A DNA stretch of 41,692 bases from Candidatus Thorarchaeota archaeon (GTDB lineage: Archaea; Asgardarchaeota; Thorarchaeia; Thorarchaeales; Thorarchaeaceae): assembly GCA_030669595.1 (NCBI GenBank), contig DAOVDG010000003.1:1-41692 (forward strand), read 5' to 3'. Under the pieces are notes generated by a model. That model did no database searches and was not told where the DNA came from. It was given only the letters and a program-made list of their open reading frames with translations. Within the stretch, counting starts at the first letter, position 1, and each line of letters opens with the position of its first letter. Position numbers and translations under genes: made by a program. Below are positions 1 through 9,261 of the stretch, piece by piece.

Positions 1-2
1 TG

Positions 3-1424
3 CTCCAAGCTTACGAAATCTCAGAGAAGCTCGAGCTACCTATTCTCTTTCGTACAACCACCCGAATCAATCATACTAGATCACCAGTCACATTCGGCCC
101 GATTCGAGATAGACCAAAGAAGGTTGAATTTGTCAAAGACCCATTCAGATTTGTGCCAATACCTTCAGTAGCTCGAATTCGCCATTCTTGGCTCTTGAAA
201 CAGATTGAACTGGCAATGGAAATCTCAGAATCATCAAAGCTCAACTTCACAATTGGTAGTGGAAATCTGGGAATAATAACTAGTGGAATTTCATACAATT
301 ATGTGATTGAGGCTTTATCAGCTTTAGACATTGATGCTGAAACCTTGAAGCTTGGAATGACACATCCTGTTCCTGAGAAGATGATATCGAAGTTTCTCAA
401 GCATCATAAGCAAGTGGTGATAGTCGAGGAACTTGATCCATTCTTGGAAACACATGCTAGAAGGATTGCACAGCTCAATGGAATCAAGGTAAACATTCTC
501 GGTAAAGAACAGGGTTTCTTCCCTCGAACGCTCGAATACAGTCCACGAATTGTGATTGAAGCCCTCTCAAAGATTCTAAATCGTAATACGAGTATTAACT
601 GGAAGGTAATCGATCAGAAAGCTAGTGAAATCTCAGAATTGCCTCCACGACCTCCACTTCTTTGTGCTGGATGTCCTCACAGGGCTACGTACTATGCAAT
701 TCGAGTAGCTACGCGCGGAAAAGCAATCTACCCATCGGACATCGGGTGCTATACGCTCAGCATTTCACCACCATTAGAAACCGCTGACATTCTATTCGAC
801 ATGGGTTCTTCAATTACAACAGCCTGTGGTCTCGCTGAAGTCACGGACCAAGATGTTGTTGCTACAATAGGTGACAGTACCTTCTTCGCAGCTGGATTAC
901 CTGGGATTGCCAATGCTGTTTACAATCAGCATAGAATTAGTCTTGTCATACTTGACAATCGCACAACTGCAATGACCGGACACCAACCTCATCCAGGAAC
1001 TGGTGTCACAGGAATGCAGGAAAAGGTACCACCAATCAACATTGCAGAGGTCTGCAAGGGACTTGGAGTAGAATATGTGAAGACAATCAATCCATTCGCC
1101 TCCTTAGCAGATCTTGTTGCTGCAGTTCGGGAGATGACCACATGGACAAGACAAAATCACAAACCAGCAGTACTAGTTTCAATTGCTCCTTGTGCACTCC
1201 TTGAAGCTGCTGAGCGTCGTAAGACCGGTGAATTCCCCCAACCTTACTACGTCGACTCCGAACTCTGTAACTCATGTAAACGCTGTTTGAATCGCTTATC
1301 ATGTCCAGCCATGTATCTCGATGCGGAAACCGGACAGGCAGTAATTGACCAGACTATGTGCAATTTTTGTGGAACATGCGTTTCCGTATGTCCACAAGGC
1401 GCAATCAAACAGGAGGATGCCTGA
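3..1424 (+). CDS. iorA: Indolepyruvate:ferredoxin oxidoreductase alpha subunit (5'-truncated by window edge)
   Basis: Frame is open from position 3 (LQAYEISEKLELPILFRTTTRINH). Contains PPRPPLLCAGCPHR, SDIGCY, TPP-binding GDSTFF...LDNRTTAMTGHQP and C-terminal 2x[4Fe-4S] motifs. Confidence 0.93.
   Translation, partial: LQAYEISEKLELPILFRTTTRINHTRSPVTFGPIRDRPKKVEFVKDPFRFVPIPSVARIRHSWLLKQIELAMEISESSKLNFTIGSGNLGIITSGISYNYVIEALSALDIDAETLKLGMTHPVPEKMISKFLKHHKQVVIVEELDPFLETHARRIAQLNGIKVNILGKEQGFFPRTLEYSPRIVIEALSKILNRNTSINWKVIDQKASEISELPPRPPLLCAGCPHRATYYAIRVATRGKAIYPSDIGCYTLSISPPLETADILFDMGSSITTACGLAEVTDQDVVATIGDSTFFAAGLPGIANAVYNQHRISLVILDNRTTAMTGHQPHPGTGVTGMQEKVPPINIAEVCKGLGVEYVKTINPFASLADLVAAVREMTTWTRQNHKPAVLVSIAPCALLEAAERRKTGEFPQPYYVDSELCNSCKRCLNRLSCPAMYLDAETGQAVIDQTMCNFCGTCVSVCPQGAIKQEDA
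582..599. repeat. 9-bp unit pair CGTAATACG|AGTATTAAC (TGTAWTACA family) inside iorA
   Basis: Read directly from the sequence. Confidence 0.55.
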
Positions 1425-1425
1425 A

Positions 1426-2034
1426 ATGAAGAGTAATACAGTAAACATCGTTATCTCAGGGGTCGGTGGCCAAGGTGTCCTTACATTGGCAGAGATACTA
1501 GCAAAGGCTGCTCTATCTGATTCGCACAATGTCCGTGTGGGTGAAATACACGGAATGGCCCAAAGAGGAGGTCATGTGGTATGCACTGTTCGCATTGGTG
1601 CTGGTGCGCGAGGTCCAATAGTAGACCCAGGGACAGCTAATCTTCTTGTTGGCTTTGAACCAGTTGAAACACTACGTGAGGCTCACATGATTCAAAAAGA
1701 TGGATGCGTTTTGTTGAGCTCACACATACAATATCCCATAGCGGTTTCTATGGGCAAATCAGCATACCCTACCAACAAAGAAATCATTAATGACATTCGC
1801 AAGTTCACTGATCACATCCTTGAATTCGATGCAATGAAAATGGCAAAGGAAGCGGGGAGTTCAAGAGCACTTAACATGATAATGCTTGGTGCCATCCTTG
1901 GCACAGGACTGACTCAGATAACCGAAGAGGCAGCTATAGATGCAGTCCGCAACACTTTCTCAAAGAAGTTTGAGTCTATCAATATCAAAGCAGTCAAGAT
2001 GGGCCGCGAAAAGGTCGAAAAGCTCAATCGCTAA
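1426..2034 (+). CDS. iorB: Indolepyruvate:ferredoxin oxidoreductase beta subunit
   Basis: GVGGQGVLT and EIHGMAQRGGHV motifs; follows iorA. GGAGG at 1412-1416 supports the ATG at 1426 (alternative 1417). Confidence 0.92.
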   Translation: MKSNTVNIVISGVGGQGVLTLAEILAKAALSDSHNVRVGEIHGMAQRGGHVVCTVRIGAGARGPIVDPGTANLLVGFEPVETLREAHMIQKDGCVLLSSHIQYPIAVSMGKSAYPTNKEIINDIRKFTDHILEFDAMKMAKEAGSSRALNMIMLGAILGTGLTQITEEAAIDAVRNTFSKKFESINIKAVKMGREKVEKLNR

Positions 2035-2037
2035 CAT

Positions 2038-4410
2038 CTATTTTTCAAGCTTTGCAGCTGCAACTACGGCTTGACCTGATGAAATTCCTCCATCACCAGG
2101 TGGAATATGCCTGTGGATTAATGGAGTGAGATGCTCATTGGTGATATGGTTGATGATTGCATTGGTTATGATTCGATTCAATGCAACACCTCCAGAGAAC
2201 CCTACATAGTCTAGCTCTTCATTGTGTGCTGCATCACAAGCTATCTTGGCAAGTGATTCACCTAGGAACCATTGAGCTGCATAGGCAAGTTCAACAGGCT
2301 TAGCTCCATCCTTTTTGAGCTCGAGTAGCTGTTTTAGCGACTCAGCAATATCCAAGAATGTTCCACGACTATTTGTATTAAATCTGGGTTCAAGTCGTAT
2401 CTTTGTTTTATGAGCAACCGATTCAAGTTTCATGGGGCATTCACCATCATAGGTATTCTCCGAGCAAATCCCTAGTGCTATTGCCACTGCATCAAGATAT
2501 CGTCCAGCACTGCTGCTTTGAACAGCATTCACTTTTCGTTTGGTCACTTCAAGGAGCAATGACAGTGATTCATCCGTAGTGCTTATGCCAGGGGCAATCA
2601 AGCTTCCTTCAACAATATCCAACATCTCACGCGTACTCAGTTCCCTTCCAAGAAGTCCAACGAACGGTCTCACTGCATACTTTGCAGAGAGATCCCCACC
2701 GGAATAAACAGTCTGTTTCAGCCCCCCGATTTTCACATACTCTTCAAAGCCTCCTACAAGAATTTCACCACCCCATGCACTGCCATTATTCCCATAACCA
2801 AATCCATCTGCTGTAATACAAGTGATACGCGTATTGGATGACAGTTGATGGTCAACTATGAGGGATGCTAGGTGCGCATGATGATGCTGTACCCGAAAGA
2901 GTGGAATGCCCTTGTCCGATGATAGCGCTTCTGCGAACTCAGTAGTCAGGAATTCAGGATGGAGATCACAAGCCACAGCATCGATCTGGTCGACAGCCAA
3001 TAGATGAATCGTGTGATTCAATGCGTCAGACAGGAAATCGATGTTCTCAAGTCGGTCTGTGTCACCGATGTGCTGAGTAACGTAAATGCGTCCAGACTTC
3101 AACACTGCACCGGTCGTCTTTTCTTCTGGACCTACCGCAACTATTGTTGACGGACCATAGGGTCCTTCCAACCTCATCGGATTAGGCACGTAACCCCTTG
3201 CTCGCCGTATGAAGACAGCATTATCACTACTGATGGCCCTAATGACTGAATCATCTGCTCTTTGGTATATTCTCCTATTGTGAACAAGAAAATAATCTGC
3301 AACACTTTCTAGTTTAGATATGATGGTGTCAGGATGAATATACATTGGAAGTCCTGTAGGATTCGCACTTGTCATGATCAGTGCTGGCTCTTCTAGAAAC
3401 TGAAACAATAGATGATGAAGAGGAGAGTACGGGAGCATCACTCCCACAGTATCAAGACTTGGTGATATCAACTCCAAAGAGTCGTCAGGTATTGCACCTT
3501 CCCCTTCAGATTGCTGATTCCTGTCATCAATCCAGTTTCGCTTCTTCACGAGTACGATTGGCTTTCTCCATGAAGTGAGTAGTTCCTCCTCCATCGGCGT
3601 GGGTCTTGAGAATGCTCTAACAGCATCGAGGTTTCTTGCCATGATGGCAAAGGGTCGATACGCTCTCTGTTTCCGGGTTCTAAGGTTTCGTATAGGAGTG
3701 ACATCGGTCACTTTCGTGACTAGATGAGTTCCCCCTATTCCTTGAACTGCAATGATGAATCCCCGTGACAACAGCTCTGCAGCACCAGCAATCGATTTGT
3801 CATTCACAGCTGGTCGGTTTTGTGCATCTACAAGTCGATAGGTCGGCCCACAATTTTCACAAGCAGTAGTCTGAGCATGATACCGGCGGTCAAGAGGGTC
3901 TGTATAACCTGTATTACAAGTATCACACAGAGGAAAATCAACCATTGTAGTATTGGGTCTATCATAGGGAAGATTAGTAATTGTTGAGAACCTTGGACCA
4001 CAAGCAGCACAGGAAGTAAATGGATACAGATACCACCTTGAATTGGGATTGGTTACGTCAGTGATGCAATCCGAGCAGATTGCAATATCGGGGGGTATGT
4101 CGGGGGCCAATCCAGTACTTCTGGATGTAGAGGACTTCTTTATGATGAAATCATTGAAGGGTTTTCCTGATTCTTCCCATTCGATGTCAAGTTTGTCCAC
4201 CCGTGATATGGATGGAGGATCCTGCTCAACTTTGTGTATCAGTTCCTTAATACTCTCTGAATTGCCTTCAACAACAATACTGACACCTGCATCACCAAGA
4301 TTCAAGACATATCCTTTTAGGGAGAGGGACTTTGCAGCACGATACACAAACGGGCGAAAGCCTACTCCTTGTACGATTCCAGTGACATGAATGCTGGCTC
4401 TGCGCTTCAC
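2038..4410 (-). CDS. hypF: Carbamoyltransferase HypF ([NiFe]-hydrogenase maturation)
   Basis: Acylphosphatase-like GIVQGVGFRPFVY, zinc fingers (CSDC...CAACGPRF, CDTC...CENCGP), TSAN, CDLHP, QHHHAH and PPGDGGISSGQ motifs. Confidence 0.96.
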   Translation of the reverse strand: MKRRASIHVTGIVQGVGFRPFVYRAAKSLSLKGYVLNLGDAGVSIVVEGNSESIKELIHKVEQDPPSISRVDKLDIEWEESGKPFNDFIIKKSSTSRSTGLAPDIPPDIAICSDCITDVTNPNSRWYLYPFTSCAACGPRFSTITNLPYDRPNTTMVDFPLCDTCNTGYTDPLDRRYHAQTTACENCGPTYRLVDAQNRPAVNDKSIAGAAELLSRGFIIAVQGIGGTHLVTKVTDVTPIRNLRTRKQRAYRPFAIMARNLDAVRAFSRPTPMEEELLTSWRKPIVLVKKRNWIDDRNQQSEGEGAIPDDSLELISPSLDTVGVMLPYSPLHHLLFQFLEEPALIMTSANPTGLPMYIHPDTIISKLESVADYFLVHNRRIYQRADDSVIRAISSDNAVFIRRARGYVPNPMRLEGPYGPSTIVAVGPEEKTTGAVLKSGRIYVTQHIGDTDRLENIDFLSDALNHTIHLLAVDQIDAVACDLHPEFLTTEFAEALSSDKGIPLFRVQHHHAHLASLIVDHQLSSNTRITCITADGFGYGNNGSAWGGEILVGGFEEYVKIGGLKQTVYSGGDLSAKYAVRPFVGLLGRELSTREMLDIVEGSLIAPGISTTDESLSLLLEVTKRKVNAVQSSSAGRYLDAVAIALGICSENTYDGECPMKLESVAHKTKIRLEPRFNTNSRGTFLDIAESLKQLLELKKDGAKPVELAYAAQWFLGESLAKIACDAAHNEELDYVGFSGGVALNRIITNAIINHITNEHLTPLIHRHIPPGDGGISSGQAVVAAAKLEK
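2812..2838. repeat. 9-bp unit array TGTAATACA|AGTGATACG|CGTATTGGA inside hypF
   Basis: Read directly from the sequence. Confidence 0.65.
3901..3927. repeat. 9-bp unit array TGTATAACC|TGTATTACA|AGTATCACA inside hypF
   Basis: Read directly from the sequence. Confidence 0.7.
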
Positions 4411-4525
4411 CGAGTAACAGCCTCTCAGAAACCTTGTTTAGTCATGATATTAATCCAGTGAAGTAACGACGAATTACATGTAGCTTTGTAGGACCTCTTA
4501 AGGAAATGCTAGAACACATGTATGA

Positions 4526-4972
4526 TTGACCTTGCATGCTTTCAGTAAAAACACGAAGTCCATCGTTCATGAACCAATAACTACCCCTTCCATTCTTGCC
4601 ACTGTGCCGGAGTGCTTGAGGAACACTCTGAAAAAATCCATTGGCAAGACGCAGAAGCGGAGGAAGTCTGTTCTAATCTCAAGTAACAGTCTTGCAAATC
4701 GATTCATTCTTTCTAGGTGGGGAATCCACCCGTCACAACGCAGGCACTATCGAAACTTATTCGCAGCAGTGAGGAAGCACTGTAGAGCTGTCTTCAGGCA
4801 CACTCTTGCTCAAGGCCGCTTGGAGTGGGAATCGGCATCCGAAAGCTATGTGTTTGGAGTTTACAAGTTCGACGAGATACGAGGGAATCTAATACTTGGT
4901 TTTGTGATAGTGTCTCCCAATTCAGAATGGTTTCTTAAGCCGAGATCATCCACTTGGCGCCCCAAAACCTAG
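4526..4972 (+). CDS. Hypothetical basic protein (possible nucleic-acid binder)
   Basis: 148-aa ORF rich in K/R, no recognised motif; start uncertain. Confidence 0.5.
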   Translation: MTLHAFSKNTKSIVHEPITTPSILATVPECLRNTLKKSIGKTQKRRKSVLISSNSLANRFILSRWGIHPSQRRHYRNLFAAVRKHCRAVFRHTLAQGRLEWESASESYVFGVYKFDEIRGNLILGFVIVSPNSEWFLKPRSSTWRPKT

Positions 4973-4977
4973 TGGAT

Positions 4978-4995
4978 GGTATTACAGATATTACT
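4978..4995. repeat. 9-bp unit pair GGTATTACA|GATATTACT, intergenic
   Basis: Read directly from the sequence. Confidence 0.65.
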
Positions 4996-5243
4996 CAATG
5001 GTAAGCAGTTCGCGAAAGACATATCTCAAGCTCACCGTACGAAACACTGGTATACAATACCGTATCCGCTAAGAGGCTCCCATAACTCGCGTGTAGAACA
5101 GTCATCATAGACCTCTACAACCGAAATTGGGCTATATGAGGCACGTTCTCTGTAGCTATGGTGGGATCCAATCATCAAATTCATGCAGAATAACGGAGTG
5201 TAGAGTCTTGGAATCGAATAAGAAAGAGCAAGGGTTTCGGGGA

Positions 5244-5768
5244 GTGTCGAAAAGGCGAATCCGATCCAATGTTAAACAGGTTTTGAACGAACCAATACTG
5301 AAGACCCTACTCAAGCAATCAATGCTCACTGAAACACAACTTGAAACACTAATCATTGATCTTCTAGTGGAAGACAACTACGGAGTTCACATTTCCTATG
5401 ATGACAAAGCAGCATTCAGGTCTCGTCGGGATACTAGAGCACGAGGAGTATCACGTGGATCATTCAACAGATCACTGAGCCAGGCACGGACGAACCTGAC
5501 GCGGTGTCTAAGTACAATGCTTCTGCTAGCCTATCTTGGACTGTTTGAATTCGCAATATTCCGCCCTTTTGAAGAGATAGCTGGAAGAATTGGAAACTAC
5601 AGGCACATCCGCGACATACTGGGCAACAAGGTTCAGTTGTCAACCGAAGACGTCGAAAGCTACCGTGCGGCTGAACGTATGATTCTTGCAGCCCTGGATG
5701 AGCTTACCTCGTCTGTTGCATTGAAATCCGATCTCTCTAAGAGAAGGTCTAGCCATACAACTGATTAG
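5244..5768 (+). CDS. Hypothetical protein with HTH-like segment (Tfx-like DNA-binding candidate)
   Basis: LTETQLETL...GVSRGSFNRSLSQARTNL resembles an HTH recognition helix. GTG at 5244 preferred; the ORF track opens at 5127. Confidence 0.6.
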   Translation: MSKRRIRSNVKQVLNEPILKTLLKQSMLTETQLETLIIDLLVEDNYGVHISYDDKAAFRSRRDTRARGVSRGSFNRSLSQARTNLTRCLSTMLLLAYLGLFEFAIFRPFEEIAGRIGNYRHIRDILGNKVQLSTEDVESYRAAERMILAALDELTSSVALKSDLSKRRSSHTTD

Positions 5769-6091
5769 CTTTGAAGAGATGTACCAGACCCGTGATTGCA
5801 GGAAGTCAAAAAACGGCACGAATGTGTCGTGTCATCGAAGACGCATCGCAACGCCGGCTTGGTTCGTTTTCCCATCGGACCGTTCATAGCCACATTGATC
5901 ATCTTGGAGGTGTATCTTGAGGAGATAGAGATGCCAACGATATTGCCTGAACTTGCCAAGGCAATCCGAAACTTCGGCATTGGCATGTCATCTTTGACAC
6001 GACACACTCATACTAAACATAAACACAATGATACATAGTTCTAATCTTAGAACAGGAATTTTGCTCAAGATAGACGTGTAAAGAGCCTGAT

Positions 6092-6118
6092 TGTAATACG
6101 TAACATACGGATAATACA
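6092..6118. repeat. 9-bp unit array TGTAATACG|TAACATACG|GATAATACA, intergenic
   Basis: Read directly from the sequence. Confidence 0.65.
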
Positions 6119-6169
6119 ACAGCCTTTTGTCTGGCCAACCTTTATCCTTTTTGGATAAATCAGTAGGTC

Positions 6170-7447
6170 TTGATTCAGGCAGTGACAGTGATAACGGTGG
6201 TCAAGGAGAATCCCTTGGACAGGCTACTGAAAGAAAGTAGAATGCGAATTGCAGAAATCGAGGAGCGCGATAAGCTTGATGAAATCGCGAATGCAATTGG
6301 CGACCGAAGAGAACGGGACCTACTTGATCTCCTGGCCAACATCGAAGCCGGAAACGGATGGGGGACTGCAGTTCAATTTCTAATCGAGTCAGCAAAATCT
6401 ACATATTCAGCTCCAATTGGCGCAGGGGGACGGCAACGAAGAATTGAGCCTTTGAAGTATCGAGAAGTGATTTTTGCCACCTTCTCTTCCGCTGGCCTAG
6501 AACCTGTGAATTATGATACAGTAGCATTACTCGATGAACTACAAGATGAAAAGTCAATGGTGTCCGCCATACGCACATTCGCTGCCAGAGTTCAGAATCT
6601 TGCAATTGAGCAATTCCAGAATGGAGATGCCCTTTTCTTCGATTTGACGAGCATGAGCAGCTCTCTTCCAACAGAATTGATCGAAATGGCTGAAGCAATT
6701 CACAAGAAACGAATTCACGAGCTAATTATTCCGGTTAATGGGAAACAAGCACACCTGAAACAGCTGTGGTACTCCGAGTACGGTCGGATAGCCTTATCAG
6801 AACAAGGAATCAAAGGAAACAAATTACTACTCTTCAATCTCGATTCAGTATTATCTGTAATACAACTAAGAATTGGCTATCGGCCGATGACCAAGGAAGA
6901 TGACAGTCCCCTAGAAGTACCAGAAGTTTCACCAGCTAATACTGAATACGGAAATCTTCTCACCATGATGATCAACCAAGACATCAATGGACTTGGCCTT
7001 CTTGGAAGCAAATACTCACTTCCTCTTCTTAATGTTGTACTGGAATCAGCTGTTGTTGATTACCAGCAAGATAAGTCTAACAATCTGTTCAGGAACTTTA
7101 TCTCTCGTATGAATAGCCATGTACAAGTTCGATCACTAAATTCACTCGCAACGTTTGAGCGAATTATGCAACTAGACAACAGCCGCCTTGTGACACCCAT
7201 CACCATTGCTCTTGGGAATTATTATCATGAATCTGCAGCTTCAGTCTTAATTGAGCTAGCATGTAGGACAAGGAATAAGGAAGTGGAAGCTGCTTCAATC
7301 ACATCCATTGCAAACATTCACCGAAAGTGTCCTGAGGTTGAAGTCGTATTGGACAAGGTCTTAGCATCGGAGTGCAGAAATCGCGGCAGACTAAGACGCT
7401 TACAGAAGAAGCTTCTAAAGACAAGCAAAAGCCAGTATTACAGCTAA
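6170..7447 (+). CDS. Hypothetical alpha-helical protein, C-terminal HEAT-like repeats
   Basis: 425-aa ORF; ITIALGNY..AASVLIEL..AASITSIANI pattern is HEAT-like. Confidence 0.65.
   Translation: MIQAVTVITVVKENPLDRLLKESRMRIAEIEERDKLDEIANAIGDRRERDLLDLLANIEAGNGWGTAVQFLIESAKSTYSAPIGAGGRQRRIEPLKYREVIFATFSSAGLEPVNYDTVALLDELQDEKSMVSAIRTFAARVQNLAIEQFQNGDALFFDLTSMSSSLPTELIEMAEAIHKKRIHELIIPVNGKQAHLKQLWYSEYGRIALSEQGIKGNKLLLFNLDSVLSVIQLRIGYRPMTKEDDSPLEVPEVSPANTEYGNLLTMMINQDINGLGLLGSKYSLPLLNVVLESAVVDYQQDKSNNLFRNFISRMNSHVQVRSLNSLATFERIMQLDNSRLVTPITIALGNYYHESAASVLIELACRTRNKEVEAASITSIANIHRKCPEVEVVLDKVLASECRNRGRLRRLQKKLLKTSKSQYYS
6847..6864. repeat. 9-bp unit pair AGTATTATC|TGTAATACA, intragenic
   Basis: Read directly from the sequence. 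Confidence 0.55.
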
Positions 7448-7460
7448 TATGAGTATTACG
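7434..7460. repeat. 9-bp unit array AGTATTACA|GCTAATATG|AGTATTACG spanning a stop codon
   Basis: Read directly from the sequence. Confidence 0.7.
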
Positions 7461-7510
7461 TGCCGTGAGCACGACAGACATAAATCAACTGGCCCTCTCG
7501 CGTGAGAATC

Positions 7511-8905
7511 ATGAGCAAATCAAAAGGGAATGCAATGGAGGAAATTGACAAATTTTTCACACCTCATTCCGTTGCCTTAGTTGGAGCTTCATCTGACTAC
7601 AGAAAGTTAGGTAACTCAATACTGATGAATCTCCTAGCTTCAGAAATACAGGTATATCCCGTTACCCGAAGTAGAGACCGTGTCCTCGGTGTCAAGGCGT
7701 ATCCGGATTTGAGAAGCCTACCCGAACCCGTTGACCTAGTTATCATTGCGGTAGCTGCTAAATACTGTGCAGAACTTATGTCAGAAGTACAAGGCGCTGG
7801 GGCTAGACATGCAGTGGTAATCTCCGGTGGATTCAGTGAAACTGGTCCTGAAGGAAAGAAGCTCGAGGATGTGCTAGTCGCAGCTGCAAGAAATGCGGAT
7901 GTTAGAATCATGGGTCCGAACTGCGTTGGAGTATCCAACAGTCGAATCTTCAATGGCACATTCACTATGATGCCAGAGCGCGGCAACATAGCATTTCTGT
8001 CTCAAAGTGGCGCGCTTGGAGGCATGACGATTTATATGACGCGAGCGAAACGTATTGGCATAAGCAAGTTCGCTAGCGTTGGAAATGCAGCAGATGTGAG
8101 TTTCGATGAGATAATTGACTACTTTAGAACAGATGTAAAGTCTACGGTCATTGCAGTCTACGTAGAAGGAGTCGATGATGGCAGGTCATTCTTCAATGCT
8201 CTATATAACGCCGCCAACGAAAAGCCAGTTGTTATTCTGAAAGGTGGTCGGAGTGATGTAGGTGGAATGGCTACACGATCACACACCGGATCTATGGCTG
8301 GATCTCCAAAGCTGTTTGAAGGAATGATTCGCCAAGCCGGCTGTGTCACAGCCCCAACATTCGATTCATTACTTGAGATATGCAAGCTATTTGATTATCA
8401 ACCCCTTCCGGCGGGAAATCGTATTGGTATTATTAGTAATACAGGCGGAGCGGGAGTTCTGGCTACGGATGCAGTGTCTGATTTCAATTTAGAGGTTCCG
8501 AATCTGGAAAGAGAAACTCGTCATGAGCTTAGGCAGATTCTATCTCCCATGGCGTCGACAGATAACCCAGTGGACGTAGTGGCTGGTGCTGGCCGAAAAG
8601 AGTATAGTATCACAACAGAGCTTTTACTAAGGGATCCAAACATAGACATGCTGTTGGTAATTTGTGGCGTGCCCACATTTGCAGGAATGACACAGACTGA
8701 ACACGCTGCTGGTACTCTGGAAGGACTGCGAACAGCAGGGAGCGGGAAGCCTGTAGTCGGAGTCTGGTTGGCGGGCGACGTTGGCAAACCTGGTAAGGAC
8801 TTACTAGAAATGAACAGAATACCATGTTATAACGACCCTGCACTAGCAGCTCTCTGCATGTCACGAGTGGCACAATACGCCGAGATGCATAGCTCTTCCA
8901 AGTAA
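7511..8905 (+). CDS. acdA: Acetate/acyl-CoA ligase (ADP-forming) alpha subunit
   Basis: SVALVGAS CoA-binding fold, GPNCVG, SQSGALG, SVGNAADV, phospho-His motif SHTGSMAG, NPVDV. Confidence 0.9.
   Translation: MSKSKGNAMEEIDKFFTPHSVALVGASSDYRKLGNSILMNLLASEIQVYPVTRSRDRVLGVKAYPDLRSLPEPVDLVIIAVAAKYCAELMSEVQGAGARHAVVISGGFSETGPEGKKLEDVLVAAARNADVRIMGPNCVGVSNSRIFNGTFTMMPERGNIAFLSQSGALGGMTIYMTRAKRIGISKFASVGNAADVSFDEIIDYFRTDVKSTVIAVYVEGVDDGRSFFNALYNAANEKPVVILKGGRSDVGGMATRSHTGSMAGSPKLFEGMIRQAGCVTAPTFDSLLEICKLFDYQPLPAGNRIGIISNTGGAGVLATDAVSDFNLEVPNLERETRHELRQILSPMASTDNPVDVVAGAGRKEYSITTELLLRDPNIDMLLVICGVPTFAGMTQTEHAAGTLEGLRTAGSGKPVVGVWLAGDVGKPGKDLLEMNRIPCYNDPALAALCMSRVAQYAEMHSSSK
8426..8443. repeat. 9-bp unit pair GGTATTATT|AGTAATACA inside acdA
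   Basis: Read directly from the sequence. Confidence 0.55.
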
Positions 8906-8925
8906 GCCGTTGTACTGATATATCA

Positions 8926-8943
8926 TGTATTACATGTATTAGA
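8926..8943. repeat. 9-bp unit pair TGTATTACA|TGTATTAGA just downstream of the RHH gene
   Basis: Read directly from the sequence. Confidence 0.7.
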
Positions 8944-8952
8944 GCCGATACC

Positions 8953-9261
8953 TTATGATTTCAGATGTCTTTTTGCAATGGTCGGAAACTCGTTTGTCAC
9001 CGCTTCGCGCAGCTTACGTTCAACCCACATACTCAGATTAATCGACTTTTCATTTCTCACAGCCTGCAAACAACTTCTCAGATCTATTGGAATGGAGAAC
9101 GAAACAATGGGACTCTTTCGCTCACGGTTTGGCACAGCCTCAACATGCCCAGTTTCATCTACTCTCTCTACAGAGGTGTGTGAAGGTCGACTTATTGCTG
9201 CTGTGACCTCATCCTTCTTTCGTCTATCTTCTTCCTCTCGTCTATATTTACCTAGAACCAT
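8953..9261 (-). CDS. Ribbon-helix-helix DNA-binding protein with charged, probably disordered N-terminal tail
   Basis: C-terminal PIVSFSIPIDLRSCLQAVRNEKSINLSMWVERKLREAV fits the RHH pattern (alternating beta strand, helix, turn, S-x-x-V helix). ATG immediately follows the upstream TAA, with a GGAGGTG RBS. Confidence 0.75.
   Translation of the reverse strand: MVLGKYRREEEDRRKKDEVTAAISRPSHTSVERVDETGHVEAVPNRERKSPIVSFSIPIDLRSCLQAVRNEKSINLSMWVERKLREAVTNEFPTIAKRHLKS

Noticed and set aside
5765-6038. Overlapping 80-aa ORFs on both strands
   Set aside because: No recognisable motif or clear RBS; cannot decide whether either is real.
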